From positions 484,212-536,513 of the forward strand of contig QPGO01000047.1 in NCBI GenBank assembly GCA_008632985.1: a stretch of DNA of 52,302 nt, in the 5' to 3' direction. A program made the position numbers and the translations under genes. The notes under the pieces are model-generated. The model saw only the letters and a program-made list of their open reading frames with translations. It searched no databases and was not told the origin of the DNA. The stretch is from Psammoneis japonica. Its lineage: Eukaryota. Shown here in pieces: positions 1-14,065 of this stretch (position 1 is its first letter; every line of letters starts with the position of its first letter).

Positions 1-3000
1 CACCAGGCACAGTTGCAAAATTTCACCACTGTGCCTGCTGGCATTTTTGCTGTGTTTTCAGGTCATTGTGTCACTTGCTTGAACTCAGCATGTGATTTGA
101 TGACAATCGCTGTCATTGGTGCAGCGGCATTTGCCTTTGCAAAAGTGTGACATTTTCAACAGAGAAATTTTGCTCAACCAAATTGGTGATTTTTCATCTT
201 GTCATCATCTGTCTGCACCACCCAAAAACAAAGGAAAACAGACAATGGCTGTTTTGAAGACAAGGGCAATGATGGAGCATGTGCTTTGCAAAGCCCACGT
301 CATTGTGTGTCCCATTTCTGTCACAAAGAAGTTGCACAGTGGCTCAATGTGAAGTTGAGTCATGTGATCTCAAGGCTTGAGAACAAAGCATTGTCAACAT
401 GTTGCCTTCAAGCCAAGTCAATGGTGTCCCCACAGTGTGGACTTGATGGTGCAAACCTTTCCTCAAAATGGTTGCATCTGGTTTGAGATGGCAAGGTGGC
501 AGCAACAGCAGCTGTTGGCAAGTCAAGCAATGAGGTTTGGCCTGGTGTTTGAGTCAATGAATCAAAATGCACAGAGGCACAGCAACATGAGGAGTTTGCA
601 GAGCAGGTTTTTCAAAATGGAAAAGTGCCGCAGGCGGGAAATCCTGTGATTGAAAATGTCAATGCTGCATTGAGTGACATGTGGAGAAGTTCAGAATTGC
701 AGTCAGGAGGAAGGAGGAGCAACACACAAAATGGAGGGGCTTTTTGCAGCACAACTCCAACTTGCACACACTCTCAGGCCACCCCCTTCAAAAGGGTTCA
801 GCATCAATTCTGCATCATCAAGTTTGACACCTCCTCCCTGTGAAGAGTCCCTGGATTCCTGCAAAGTCAACCAAGAGCTGCGCTTTTGGATGCAATCAAA
901 CCAACAAATGCACCGTGGGACGTTTGCGCCACAACATCAGTCCAGCAGATGCCAGAGGCCATTTTCTTCTCATTGCGATGCTCAACAATCCCAAGAACAA
1001 TCAAGGTCAATGATTGGCCCAAAACAATTGTCATGATTTGGTTCATCTTGTTTTCACTGTCACCCCCATTGATTTTTTGTTGATTTCCTTTAAGCAGTGC
1101 AGGGGCAGGTGCAAGTCAGAGCTGCGCTCACTGCCACGCATGGCTGTCTCCTCCAACTCCACTTCTGTCAACAGAGACAGACGTCAATGGCTGGAACTGT
1201 TGTGCTGTTTCCAAGGTGCTTTTGTGTCAAAGTGTCCTCTGCCAATGAGCCACTCAATCTCAATCCTTTTCTGGAAAGAGCTCAAAAACAATTCTGGATG
1301 CCGTTGGACATGTTCCACACAATGTTGGCCTGTCCAAGCACCCCACAGGAGTCCTGTCATTGCAGGTGGCTCCAATGCACAAACTGTGGGTTCCAGCAAA
1401 ATGATGGGAGTCTTTTGTGTGCAGACTTTGGACAAAACACAGAAACTTGGTGCTGCCGAAAATGGCGCAAGAGCACTGTGAGATGTGCCACACAAGTTGT
1501 GGGGTGCCTTCTGGAACAAAATCAAGATTCAGATGCTGAAGAAGCACCAAAAGTTTTTGGTGTGTGTGATTCTAGTGTGTTGCACCACCCAGGCAGCACT
1601 TGTCTTTGAGCAACGTGAAAAGAGCAAGAAACCCGTGAGTTCTGCAAAACTTTGGAGTCTCAGGCACCGCAACAGAGTGGTGTTGTCTCAAGTGCATGGC
1701 ATTTGAAGCTGATGGAACACCAAGGCACTTTGGCAAGACTCTGCTCTTGCTTTTCACTCCACAAGTGCTGGCTTTTTATGATCAGTTTTCCTCATCTTGA
1801 TTGATTTGCACCATGTCCAAGACATCGACTGCCACACTTGAATTAAATGAACAGACAGGTCTCTCCAGGAAATGCTTGCTGTTCAACTCAAAACCCATTG
1901 AGGCTGCAAGATTTGCTGGGCTGCCGCCATGGTCAATCCACACAAGAATGGAAGAGGGCAGTGTCTTGGCCATTTGAAAGGACACTCAGTGGACTCAGCC
2001 TGTGCACAACAGCATGGTGGACCAGAACAAAGGCATGCCCAGAAACATTGGGCACTCGCAATTGGGACAGAGAGCTGTTCTAACCTCCAAATCCTTGTGT
2101 GCCATGACTGCATTCTGAAACAACATTCGTTGTTCTTCTCATGTGCTGTGATTCTTCATCAATGCATCTGAACAGTGCTTTGTGTGGTTGCTGCAAGTGT
2201 GAGTGCAAATCAACAAATCTGTTCATCACCATGGAGTTTGTGGTCATTTGAGGCAATCAGCAGAATTCCAAAAGCTGTGACTGGGTCCTTGCCATTTCAG
2301 ATGCCGGGTCTTTTTAAAAGAGCTTTTGATTGCTCAAACTGCATGCAAAACAAATGAGTTGGCATCTTTGCTGCCCCCTGCAACCGCACAGCAGTGACGT
2401 GCCTTGCAACTGTTCTGCACAAGTGTCTGGAATTGCAGACAGAAGGTTTGTTGTGCAAAATCCACAGCTTGAGCCTGAGAGGAGCACTGCTTCTGTTCAC
2501 TTGTTTTCACAATGACACCACCACTTCCAGGGTGTGTGTCCATAAATGCAAAATGTTGGCAGGAGTGCAGCTTGAGCACCCTGAGCCAATTGGGAAGCTT
2601 GGTGCAGAGTTGGAGGTCTTTTGAAGAACCCACAGTCCATTTCATGCCATGCCACAGTGAAGAAGGGCTTTGTTCAATTGCTGCCACAGTTCCAAGGGAG
2701 AAACAAGATTGTCACTTTACGAAATGCAGCTGGATGAACCAACCAACACAAGAGCTTTCCTTTTGCTGCTTGCCTGCTGTTTCACCGCCCTTGGAAGTTC
2801 AAACCAGCACACCATGGCCACTTTTTTCCAGAACTTTTTTGCCACATGTCTCACCTCATGTTCTTTGTTTCCAAGACACCAATCTCCACAACCTCAGAGT
2901 CTTTTGCATGGATGCAATCAATGAGCATGCCAAATCCTTCCTTAACCCCGGTGCATCAAAGCAGCAGCAATGTGCTTCTTTGTGGCATCCCTGATCAACA

Positions 3001-5075
3001 TGGTCCTGATGGCGCCACAGCCAACATCAACATGTTGTCATGCTGCTCCTCAAGAAATGCTTTTGTGTGTCAAGAAATTCTCTTTGTCAAACTCTTGACA
3101 AAACCAATGAGCAACAGTGTTGTGAAACAGGGCTTTTGCTTTGGCACTTTTGAGCCCATCCACATCATTCCTGTGATGAAGAGGGTGTGCAAGAGAGGGC
3201 TGCTGGTCTTTTGGGTCTTATGATCTTCCATGGTCAAGAGGCTCAATTTTTCAAGACCTTGTGGGCACGTCTTGGGATCAACCAAAGTTTGGAGAGATTG
3301 ATGGCACCAAGTTTTGGAGCAAGCCACCAGTGCCCAATGTGCCTCCAGCAAGTCAACGAAACTCTTGATGCAAAAGGACACCTTCAGCTAGCCTGAAAAA
3401 TCATTTGCTTGAGGGGCACTGCTGCCAACAGAAGAAGTTGCCAGTCCCAGACATTTCTTGGTGGCTGCTTTGGCCAACTTGTCCATTGTGATTGCACTGC
3501 TTTTAAACTTCTGTTTGTGCAACAACAAATGCACTCCAGAAAGGGGGCCAAATGCAGATGAACAAAGGCAGCCTCTGAGGCAGTTCCAGATGCATGACGG
3601 CACCAAGAAACAGCAAGCTGCACTTCTGCTCACATGACAAATGCACTCCAGAGAGGCCGCGGGGGGGGGGGGGGGGGGCAACATCAGTCAATGCAAAACA
3701 ATGCAGACAATCAGAGGCAGCCTCTGAGGCAGTTTTTCCAGATGCTTGGCAGCACCAAACAGCAAGCACGCAATGGCACAAAGAAACAAAAACAAGTTCA
3801 AGATGGTGGCACCTGCCACTCAGAAACCACTGGGGCAAATGCGTGAGTTTGGCAGAAATTCTGCAAAGCAAGTGAAAAACATGACACATGGGAATCAACT
3901 GGAAAACACTCATGTGCAGTGTCTCACATGAACCACAACACATGAAATCAACTTGCTGAGTTCACAACAAGAGAGTGCAAAGAGATGGCATTGTCTGCAA
4001 CAACACAACAGCAACACAACTGCACAGAGCCACAATTGCACTGCAACAACAAATGGCACAAATTTCAAATTAAAAGAAAAGATGTGCACAGAAGTCAGTG
4101 TTGATTGATGCATTGCCAGAACAACATCAAATGAAAACTGACACTGTTTTTCCTGTGACAAAACAGTGCCTCAGTTCTTGCAGACATGCATTGTTGTGTC
4201 ACAAAAAATGTGCGCAGTCATCAACAAAACAAATGTTCACTGAAAGCCAAAAAGTGCAAAAGCTCTGCAGGGTGGAGACAAAATTGAATGCCATTGAAAA
4301 CTGCATGGAAAATCTTGTGTGATGGATTGTGGATCACCTGGGGTTGAAACAGGCCACAGGCACTGCAAGTCACTTTCAAGCTTTGTCAAGCATGAAGTCC
4401 TGTGTTCGCCTGATGCCTTCAGTGCAAAGAACATTGGGGGGGGTGGCTTGTGATCAACCCAAGGGCTTGCACTCCAAGTCCTCTTCTCACTTTGTGCAAG
4501 AACAAGATTTGGTGTGGGAGTGTGTTGCATTGCTCTTCTCACAAGTCAGATTGCTGCTTTTGTCATGGAATCATGGCCAGCAAGAGCTTGAAAGAAAAGG
4601 TTTGTGCAGTGCAACAGCCACTGGCCATGATGCCCCTGCATCAATGACACATCAAAACCAGGTGTGCAGGTGGGAAAGAAAACTGGCTGAAGGCTTGAAT
4701 CCTTTGAGACTGGTGGCTTAGCTGTGCACTTGCAGAGCAGTTTGCAGAGTGCCCCAACGCAGCTCCAAAGCTGCTTTTTGGTGGAGTCAACACATCAGAG
4801 TGTAAAGCGGAGAGAGCTGAGTGAACATTTCAAAACAAGAGCTCAGCCAATCCCAGGAGGAGAGCCCAGTGCAAACCCCAGCAGCTGCTGATGCTCTGTG
4901 TGATGTGTAAGGGCCAGGGTGTGTGTCATGACGACAGAGCTCTTTTTTGAGGCCTTGGCGGTGTGCAGCCCAAGCCAGACACACTCGCTGTTCTTGCGTC
5001 AACTCTCAGCATCTTCTGAGCTCAACATGCTCTTCTTGCTTCTTGCAAAGCAGTGTGTGATGTGACATTGGCAAA
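1..5075. repeat. Degenerate TpA- and CpG-depleted block, probably an old transposon relic (family not identifiable)
   Basis: TA is nearly absent, CG is rare and TG/CA is abundant. Dense overlapping Cys/His/Gln-rich ORFs have no recognisable domain. Composition reverts to normal at about 5080. Confidence 0.7.
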
Positions 5076-5317
5076 AACCGAAAGATTTGGCGTCTCTTCA
5101 AAGGATGACGAACCGAGTCATGTGAGTCAATCACAAATAATGTCATGGTGGTCGTTGGTCCGCGGCTGGTGAACCGAACATCGCGACGCGGTTCTCATCA
5201 TCCGCATATTTTGCGTCGCGTGCCCCATGACGCTTTCTCTTCTCCGCATCGTGTGATGCCACACTTCTTGTTTCGCATGATAATGCAATCGGCATAAGCA
5301 CACAGTTGAAAAACACC

Positions 5318-7168
5318 ATGCTATTATTTTCCAAGATACCCATCAGATGGCCCTTCTTGGCATTCTTTCTTATCCACGAATTCAGAATACAAAAGACGGC
5401 ATGCATCAGCGCTCAGGAACTGCCTCGTTTCAGAACTCCCGCCTTTGACTACAGCATATCGCACCGCCAGAATGTGTGTGACCGGCAGCAGGCGTGGCAC
5501 AATAGAACAGTTCTGCTCCGTGATGCACTCGAGGGCCTTGAGCTTCACGCTTGGCTCCCCTTTGGTGCGTTTTCGTCTCTTAATCCTGACACTGGGGCGA
5601 TTGTTCAAGATCAGCCCGGATTCTACGTTGAAATACTTGACGAAGTTGCAAGACGGGGCAGGTTCAAGTGGAGGGATTCCTTTGGCGTGACTGATATACG
5701 AGTAGAAATGGGGAACAAGAGCTTAGACGAATTGCTCCAATGGACGCTTCAAACTTATGACATTGCTGCTGCACAATGGAGCAAGGACGTTCGAAGAATC
5801 AACTCTGGAGCGAGCTTTCCAGAGGGGGTGTATGATGGCAGTATCATTATGGTTGGTATTCAGGAGAGCGATTCAGAACTTGACATTTGGTCCTTCTTGG
5901 AGCCTTTTGAATGGAGTGTGTGGGTCATGATCGTTGTCACGTTTCTCGTCGCGGGCGTGACCTACATGTGGAGTGAGTTATTCTTCGCATACGCTGCTTA
6001 TCCTGGAACCTTGTAGGTGCGCGTCACTGACATTCCGCCTTGTTTCTCATTTTCACTGACATTCCATCTTGTTTCTCATTTATACTATGCAGTGGAGTGG
6101 TTCAATGAGGATTCCGATCGTCAAGAGCTAGGAAATAAACCCACAGAAACAGTCTACTTTGCGGCGCTCAGCTTCACCGGAGATATCAAATTTGAGCCGA
6201 GTACCGACTATGCTCGAGTTTTCGTTTTCGCCTTGGCCTTCTGGAGTCTCCTCATGGCATCTGCCTACACCGCAAACCTAGCTAGCTTTCTTGTGGTGGA
6301 GAACACTCCTTCTCTGCAAGTGGAAAGCGTCGAACAGGCTGTTCGACTCAACCTCCCAATGTGCGTCCTTGCAGATAGCACCAACGAATTCGAGGTATTG
6401 GACGCCCATCCCGGCGCCAAACTCATACGCTTTCCAGCGAGTGGGGGTGAAGAATCTATTTATCGGGGAGTTACCCGTGGAGATTGTACGTTGGCATTAA
6501 CGACAGTCGGTGGCTGGGATAGATACAAAAGAAACAGTGAAGCGAACGGCGAATGCCGACTCTCTTGGGTTGGCAGAGTGTTTCGATTCATCCAAGCTGG
6601 TCTTGCAACCTTTTCTGACTCTGGAACACTCTGTACCTCTCTCATTCGGGATGTGTTCAACTTGCATCTTCTCGAAATGCATGCAGATGGTTTTGTTAGC
6701 ACTGAGTGGAAGAAAGCAATCGAAGCCACTGCGGATATCAACTGCGACACGACGGCTAGTGATACCGGTGGTTCTGGAGGGAGCGACTCGAACATAAGGC
6801 TATCCCTCACGGACATGGGAGGCTTGTTCATTTTCTTTTATGGTTTAACAGGTATTACCGTCTTCATGGCCCTGTTTCAGAAATGGAATCATAAACGAAA
6901 GCTTAAACAAAATATCGATCAGGAAAGTAGTGCGGGAAAGAACGGGCCAACCCCACAAGATTGGCGTGGTGGCAGTGAGTCTTCCGGCGAGCCTTTAAAA
7001 TCCGCAAGATCGCAACTGAAAGAGATGCGCCAGCAACTTAATGACCAAATGGAGAAAATAAATGACCAAATGGAAACGAATCGAAGGATGGAACAGCAAA
7101 TGAGCGATATGCTCCTTCTGCTTGATAGCGGCGAATATGAAAGGGAACCATCCCCGGACTACCATTGA
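5318..7168 (+). CDS. Ionotropic glutamate receptor-like (GLR) ligand-gated channel, 2 exons (intron 5973-6092)
   Basis: N-terminal hydrophobic segment, S1-like region, M1 'WSFLEPFEWSVWVMIV', M3 gate motif 'SAYTANLASFL', M4 'LSLTDMGGLFIFF'. A GTGAGT...TATGCAG intron joins the 236-aa and 383-aa ORFs in frame. Confidence 0.9.
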
Positions 7169-7433
7169 GTATAAATACACGGTAAACGAAGACCTCGTCA
7201 TCTACAACACGACACGAAGTATAACTACCGACTGACATGTTCACGGATATCGAAGGGCCATGTTATGTTATCTTTGGGATGATACTTTTTTGCGATTGCT
7301 GAGGAGCTGCGTTGCCCCCTTTGCTCGTGGCCTGCAGCATCACAATGTCCGCACGGGTGAACCCACTGTCGGAGGTGATGGACGGAGTCTCCTCGGTTGA
7401 CGCCATTCTATGAAATACTTTTAGACACAACAT

Positions 7434-8950
7434 TTACATGTTTCTAAAACTATTTGGAATTATGTAGAGATTCTCAAGGTTCAATGCGGCCCGCCACCGA
7501 GTCTTTTGAAGTACCAAAGGGAGTAATAGACGATTGGAGTGCGCCTTTTCTGTCCAATTCTGGCTTGTGCCTTGTGCCGTATTCCGTTTCTTGTCCCAAA
7601 AACTCACCAGTCTTTTTGATAGACAGTGACGCTTTCGCCTAGATAGTTTCAGCCCGTCTTTGCTTCGGTCATATAGTGGCCTCATCCGTACTCCGCAAAT
7701 GAAGAGGCAATGTAGAGCAGCAAGCTCAAGTGCTAGAAAGGCGTTGTCCCAGTGAGTTTCCACGTCTAAAGGCTTCATTCCTTTATTGAGATGCCTTTTT
7801 CACATCGCTGTCGACCATGCCCGGCAAGTACAAGGGACCATTGAGGTTTCATGGATTGCCGTCATTGCTCCACATCTGTTTCATGAAGCGGCTTTTCAGC
7901 TGTCAACCCATTTCCATGCTTTTCTGTCAAAATGTCAATGGGACGACCCAGCACTCACTTGTGGTGGAGCTTCATTGGCAGCTGGACAGGCCTCTTTTGT
8001 TGACAAATCTGAGGCGCCGCAATGACAACGAGGAAGGCCGGTCGCAGCAAGGTCAGACTCAGAGTGAGATGCAGCCACAAATTCTGTGCCACTTTTGACA
8101 AAGATCCCAGCATCAAATTTGCTCATTGGAAGCTGTGTTCTGAATGTCAGTCACTGCATCCTTCCGCAATTTACATCCAAACCTTCAAATGACAAAGCAA
8201 ATCTGTGGCTGAGTGATTTGCAGGAGGAAGAGGGGTGGGGCTGGGAAGATTCGAGCTCTGTTGGCAACGCAAAATGCTTTTTCTCTTCCAGCGCATCTTC
8301 AAGCTTGTTTGCAATGCCCGGCGTCATGAATGCCAAATCTTGCAAGAGCAAAAAATGAAACATTTGCAATTCATCCTCTCAGTTGAAAACAACTTTGCAC
8401 CAACCACCTTGCTCATTGCCAAGCTCCCATCTTGAAGAAGCGCGTGCGCATCATCAAAAAGGTGCTTGTTGATGTGCCCAAGGTTGTTGGTGTGCTGTTG
8501 AAGAGAAAATTGCGCATTGAATTGACTGCTGCTCTGTTTTTCAGAAAATCTTGTTCAAAGCACAGTGTGCTTTGAAAGGCACTCCGTCTTTGCTCGTCAT
8601 GTTGTTGTCCAACCACCAAGCATTGGAAGAGAACAGGCATGAGCATCAGACAGCATGGGCCAGTTCTTGAAATGTTCCATTGACACAACAGACAAAGTGC
8701 CAAAGGAAGAAACTTGAGGAAGTGCAACCCTCTGATCTCGTCTTTCAAAATTGTGTTTCGAATCATTGGGTGCACTCAGGTGTCTCCGCCACGCAAAAAT
8801 CAAGGGAAAAAGGCCAACTCTTGGTGCTCCAATGAAATGAGCAACAAATCAGCCTGGCATGCATGTCTTGCTCTTGTCCATGGACACAGAAAGCCTTTTC
8901 CATCGGGGACTGTGCATTTGTGACCAGAGCGAATCATTTCCAGGCACAGC
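7434..8950 (-). mobile_element. Possible degenerate hAT-like transposase relic
   Basis: The minus strand reads 'LDVETHWDNAFLALE', resembling the hAT D-x-x-T-R-W-N-S motif. Further upstream 'TNNLGHINKHLFDDAH' resembles the end of a BED finger. Multiple stops and frameshifts; 7790-9056 is TpA-depleted. Confidence 0.35.
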
Positions 8951-9056
8951 GGCTGTTTTGCATTTTGCGTTTTTCGTCATCTCTCGACATTGTCCCCCCA
9001 ATGCTTTCGGGGTGCAACAACGATCATGACTGCAACCTTTTGGTCAAGATGCAACA

Positions 9057-9445
9057 GACGCGTTCCAGGTCTAGGTGGGACCTCGTACTACTGAACTGTG
9101 ACATCGATAGTTTTTTGAATCTCGTCGTATGTCGCGCACGTAGAATTCTACGTGATTTTTTGATATTTTGTGTCATTTTACGGTACACTTATTGAGCGAT
9201 CCGTCCAAAAACTTTTGACATTTTTTGTTACAGCGCGATTCTATAATGTCTTAAAAATCGCGTAGGGCAGGTGCATTTGCAAAAACGTCGAGTGGTAAGA
9301 GGCATAATTGTACCACAAACTTGGCCGTTTATTTGATGTTGAAGATAAATATATCCATTAATTAAATTCTCGTACTACGGAGCTCGCACGTAGAATTCTA
9401 CGGGCCAAATGTCACACGGAGTCCCACCTAGGGCTGGAACGCGTC
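9057..9445. mobile_element. MITE copy A, 389 bp, ~25-bp TIR, 4-bp TSD AACA
   Basis: Starts GACGCGTTCCAGGTCTAGGTGGGAC and ends GTCCCACCTAGGGCTGGAACGCGTC. AACA at 9053-9056 and 9446-9449. Non-coding AT-rich interior. Confidence 0.9.
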
Positions 9446-9857
9446 AACAGAACAAAAATCATACAATGTCTCGGATTAGCATTTGCTTCAGATTTGCTTT
9501 GCAAGTCTTGGGCGCCTTCGCGCAGGAAACGATTTACATCCATGCATCATTGGCGCGCAAATCTTCGAACTTCAATGGACAGATGGACGAACCTCATTTT
9601 TCGTCCGTACGGTTCTCGCAATAATAGTGTGTTCGCGGAACTGGAGTTTCAATCCATACTCAATAAACTTGTGCTCCACGTATCTGTGGCATGCAAAGCA
9701 AGACTATCCATACTTCACCCAACATCGCAGTTCTCGAATCTAATTCCGCCGAACCATGACGGCAATCACAAGCACACGCGCAACAATCGTCTTGAATTGA
9801 CCATTGAACCTCGCATCGCAGTGCATCATTCAATCCCAACGTAGTATCTTCCAGTTC

Positions 9858-11484
9858 ATGAGCATAATGTTTCTTCGCAGCAGCTTCCTCTGCTTTCTTC
9901 TTGCTATTGAAAAGGCTGTTGGCGACATTACTTACACGTCCCCTCCTCCGTTTGGAGGGAACTGTTGGAGTTCCATGCAGCAGCTCAATTTCTGGGAGCT
10001 TGGATTGCTACAGCCAGGCCACGACTTGAACGAGAAGAGGATTTATAACATATGCAGTAACTCGGTGACGCAGATTGGTGTTCGGTCGGCTCCGGATAGC
10101 GCGGAGTTTGTGGGCGGCGACATGCCTATTGTAGTTATCAATCCCAACGTGAACATTTTGTAAGTACACCAATAGCTTCTCGTATGAGTGAGCTGATCAT
10201 ATTGGTTTCCTCACCGCTTTTTTCAGATGCGGTGAAACAGGCGAAAGCAGCAACAATTGTAGCTTGACCGGCGGCGAGTTTCAGTTTGCCGCATTCAATC
10301 CCGAGGGATTGGTCCCTGCTGGTTTCATACCGAATGTTACGAATTTGTTCGTAAGTGGCTTGACTTTCACCAATTTTGGAAGTCGTGGAACTTCCTCTAC
10401 ACAAATTACCGTTCCGGGTCAAGACATTGTATTTACCGACTGCATCTGGAAGGTACGTGATAGCAGGTTACGTACCCAGTTTTTGCTGTACGAGTTTGAC
10501 GGCTCGTCGCTTATAAATGGCGCATGTCTCAAAACATATCCGCTCTCAATAATTACTGCTTGGACAGAATAGCAACGCAACCAACCCACCTGGATCAGCT
10601 TTTCAAGTAAAATACGTGGAGTCCAATGAAGACGCAAACGGCACGAATGCCCCATGGGCAACCGCTACAGTTCAACAAAGCCTCTTTGAAGTACGTTTGT
10701 TTCGTATTATATCATAGCAGGCATGCTCTTGGGTGCTTCTACGCCCAAGGTTCTCAACATTATTGTATTTTTCCCTGTTATATTCACACTGTGTTCTTGT
10801 TTTTTGCAGAACATTGACGTTGCCGTAGCTGTGATTAACGTCAACAACAGATGCGAAAATTGCACCGGTGTAGTGGATTATGGGAGGATTGACGTTTCTG
10901 TTGAAGAATGTACCTTTCGATCAAACCGGGGATTAAGCACGGTAAGGTTGGCTACTGCATATGCTCATTTAGAGTTTGATTTAGATGTTTATGCCTTTCT
11001 TGGAAAGAGTTCTCTTCTCTCACATAATCCTGCATTGCTCGCGTAGGATAACCCGCTTTCCATTATTGACTACGGCTTGAATTCCACGGGACTCGTCGAT
11101 TCATGTTGCTTCTACAACAATACTTCCCCGGGAGCTGTGATTGCATGGTCCGGCGATGAGCAAACCGTAACTGCGACCACAAACTTTGGGCAAGGCAATA
11201 CGGTCATGTTGACGGACGACCTTGGAAACGCGTGCGATATTGCAACCTTTTCAGAGCAAGGTGGCAATATGACGTGCGTTAACTTTGACTCTAATGTTTG
11301 CGAGTCACCTCTCTTTACCGACATGCCATCCTCTTCGCCTACCGCAACAATTGCCCCCAGCAAAATGCCGACACCAGGCGCTACTCCGCAGCCGACGACT
11401 TCGTCGGCTTCGTTGGTCACGTCGCATCTCATCCCGGTCATTCTACCCACAGCTCTGGTAACTGTCTCTTTTATGATTGTTTAA
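9858..11484 (+). CDS. Secreted/cell-surface Cys-containing protein with Pro/Thr/Ser stalk and hydrophobic C-terminus, 5 exons
   Basis: Signal peptide MSIMFLRSSFLCFLLAIEKAVG. GT-AG introns 10160-10226, 10453-10567, 10691-10809 and 10942-11046 keep the frame. 'ILCGETGESSNNCSLTGG' motif. C-terminal 'PSSSPTATIAPSKMPTP' then a hydrophobic tail (GPI/TM-like). Confidence 0.8.
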
Positions 11485-14065
11485 ACCTTCTGGGCTTTCA
11501 CCGTAAGTAGTAAATCGAGAACAGCGAACGACCGCCCAGTCGAAATCGTGCTTTATCAACCATATTGAAGAGGCGGTGTCGCCATGATAAAGCATATAAA
11601 TTGACATGTTCTGTCGCTTTGCCAGAATACAGTACCGGCAAGCTACCACTCACGGATTACGGAGGCCGCTCACCTACGGTTTCAGGGAGTCTCCATCACG
11701 TATCTAGCGTGTACGCGGGCGTTTGGTGCTATGCGCTGTTTTCTTTGTTGGATGATGGGATGATGTAGAAATAGCCTTAGTGAGCCGAGACCATAGCTCG
11801 GGGTCCTGCATCGCTAGCTGGATCGGTCAGGACTTGACCTGCCTTCTTTTGAATAAACGAGAAGCAAGCCTTCTTGAGATGCAGGTGAGCTTCTTGGAAA
11901 ATTATCTTGACGTTATCGCAATTGGTACTTTGAATGCATCGATGTATAGTAATGGTGATGCCAGAGAGGGAACGCCATATTCGGCCGCAACACAAGAACG
12001 TTTCCTGAGGCTCCGCATATCCTTCAAGTCCTTGACTACACGACATTGATACGAAGTAGATAGAAGACAAATGGATCGATCTTTGATGGAAGCGGGCGCC
12101 TTGCTGCCTTCTTTCGCAATGCTCAAGAACCGAAAGAACTCTGCCCATATATTTGTCGCTGAATAGAATCGTATTGAGCAGCGGCGACTTTTCACGTTCT
12201 CACCAAGGAATTCTATGGCAACGCTTACATACCCCCCATTGTTCATTGTCGACAAGTTGACACGTCTCCATACAGCATATTCTGGTAATTCGCAAGCCAT
12301 TGCAGATACATCGGTGTGTCCATGCAGCGCACACCGTGTCTTTCGTAAGTTTGCTGGTTCCCATCTCGCGACAAGTCGAAGCAGTAACGGAACGCAACAA
12401 AAGCAATAATCTCGGTGCTCTCTAGTGAAACTCTTGACTCTTGGCGCTTAATCGGTCTGATAGAATGAGAATGCAAGAGATTCGAGAATCCTCGTTGCAC
12501 GGTGTGGACCGCATAAAGGTCCATATCCCACTCAATAGGAGGAAGTTCTCTGTCTCCCAGTCGGTATGACCGGATTCATTGGTAGATACTGTTCTTTGCG
12601 AATTGCATGGGGGTCGAACGATGGGTAACTATCGCGCGTCATGGAGTTGATGGCTGGCGATTGATGGCTTCTCTTACTTTATTTCATCTTTTGCTTCCAT
12701 AATAGACACCGACCGTACAACATGAAACTCGAGGTGTCGCTATTCACAGTGTCACTTTTTGTTTGTAGAATTGGATCAACATGGGCGTCGTGGACATTGA
12801 GCGCAAGACATGTGGCATGGCTGTCAAGGAGGCCGCCGACCGAGAGAAGCCTCCGTCATCATTCTTGAGTTACGGATTAATTCTGCACGTGCGGCCAAGT
12901 TGGCGATTGCCGATGGATATAAGCTCATCGAAGTCGAGGTAAGTAGCAGTGGCAAAGATTTCTTGGGCTTTCCTGAACCACCGCATGCACGCATCCGCCA
13001 TGACCAGCTTGATGACGTTTCAGCTTACGAAAAGAATCTTCAACGCGTTTTTGCTATTTCCTCAGAAGCCTGTCGTGCCAACACGGCTGCCTTGTCGGGA
13101 TAACTCAATCTGTTGCAGCGTTGCAATCACGATGACGATGATGACTCAATCTCTTGTTGCTTGTCAGAAGCCACAATAAGTGTGAGAAAGCACTGATGGA
13201 GAGAGAAGCGTAAGAGGCGATAGGTGTGCCGCGTTGTTGAAACAAACCTTGACGATATCCGTGGCGTGCCTTTTGAGATAGACGTCCCTAATCATTTCAT
13301 AATATGCTTTCTGAACACCAAGTCACTTTAACTTGTTTCCATGGCGACACGGAATCAATATTGGCATAGGCTCAAGGCAATGATATCCTTGATTGTCACT
13401 GTCCCTCGCCACCCCAAAAGGAGCGTCGAGCCTATAATTACTACAACAAATGTGGGAGCATTCAAAGACAATCGTTTCGACAAAAGATCCCATCCAAACG
13501 TGACTCCATTCAGAAAAAAAGCACCGTCAAGTCTGGAAATATGTCTCGGATGTTGGACTCTTCCAAAACCTTTTCTCTTTTCCGCTGCTAATGTAACATG
13601 GCAATGTGCTCCCCACTCCTCACCTTGCGCCCTCCGCAGCATGTGTGCAATCTGTAGACCCAATGGTGTGAAGGTGAGAAGCACCCTCTAGCATCCACCA
13701 CACCATCAGCCGGTTGGGCTTGTGGATCGTTTCACTACCGAAAAACACCCGTATTTTTCCGCTGCTAGCGACGGTAATTTATCGGGGAAGTTTACGTAAC
13801 GTTTGGCAACATGCATGGCCCAACCTCTCCTCGTCTTGTTATCTTGTTCGTTACTCGCCATGGTGTCGAGAGAGTCGTTCAAAACAAAGATGAAATACAG
13901 CACTTCGGCTCTTTCGTTGGTTACGGTATGCTTGCATTGATGCACACCGAGGGCGGGGGGCGGGTATGGTTCGCGGTTCGCGTTTCTATCTCAAAGGATA
14001 CATCATACCGCGCACGCTATGCATACTCAACATGATGGCTACTGTATCACACATATCCCTACTTA

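Noticed and set aside
1..5075. Dozens of overlapping 60-170 aa ORFs here and in 17110-22023 and 29084-30975
   Set aside because: A by-product of TA loss, which removes TAA/TAG on both strands. The products are Tyr-free, Cys/His/Gln-rich and have no domains.
11777..13700. Short ORFs between the secreted-protein and DENN genes
   Set aside because: No recognisable domain or consistent exon chain; a decayed gene cannot be excluded.
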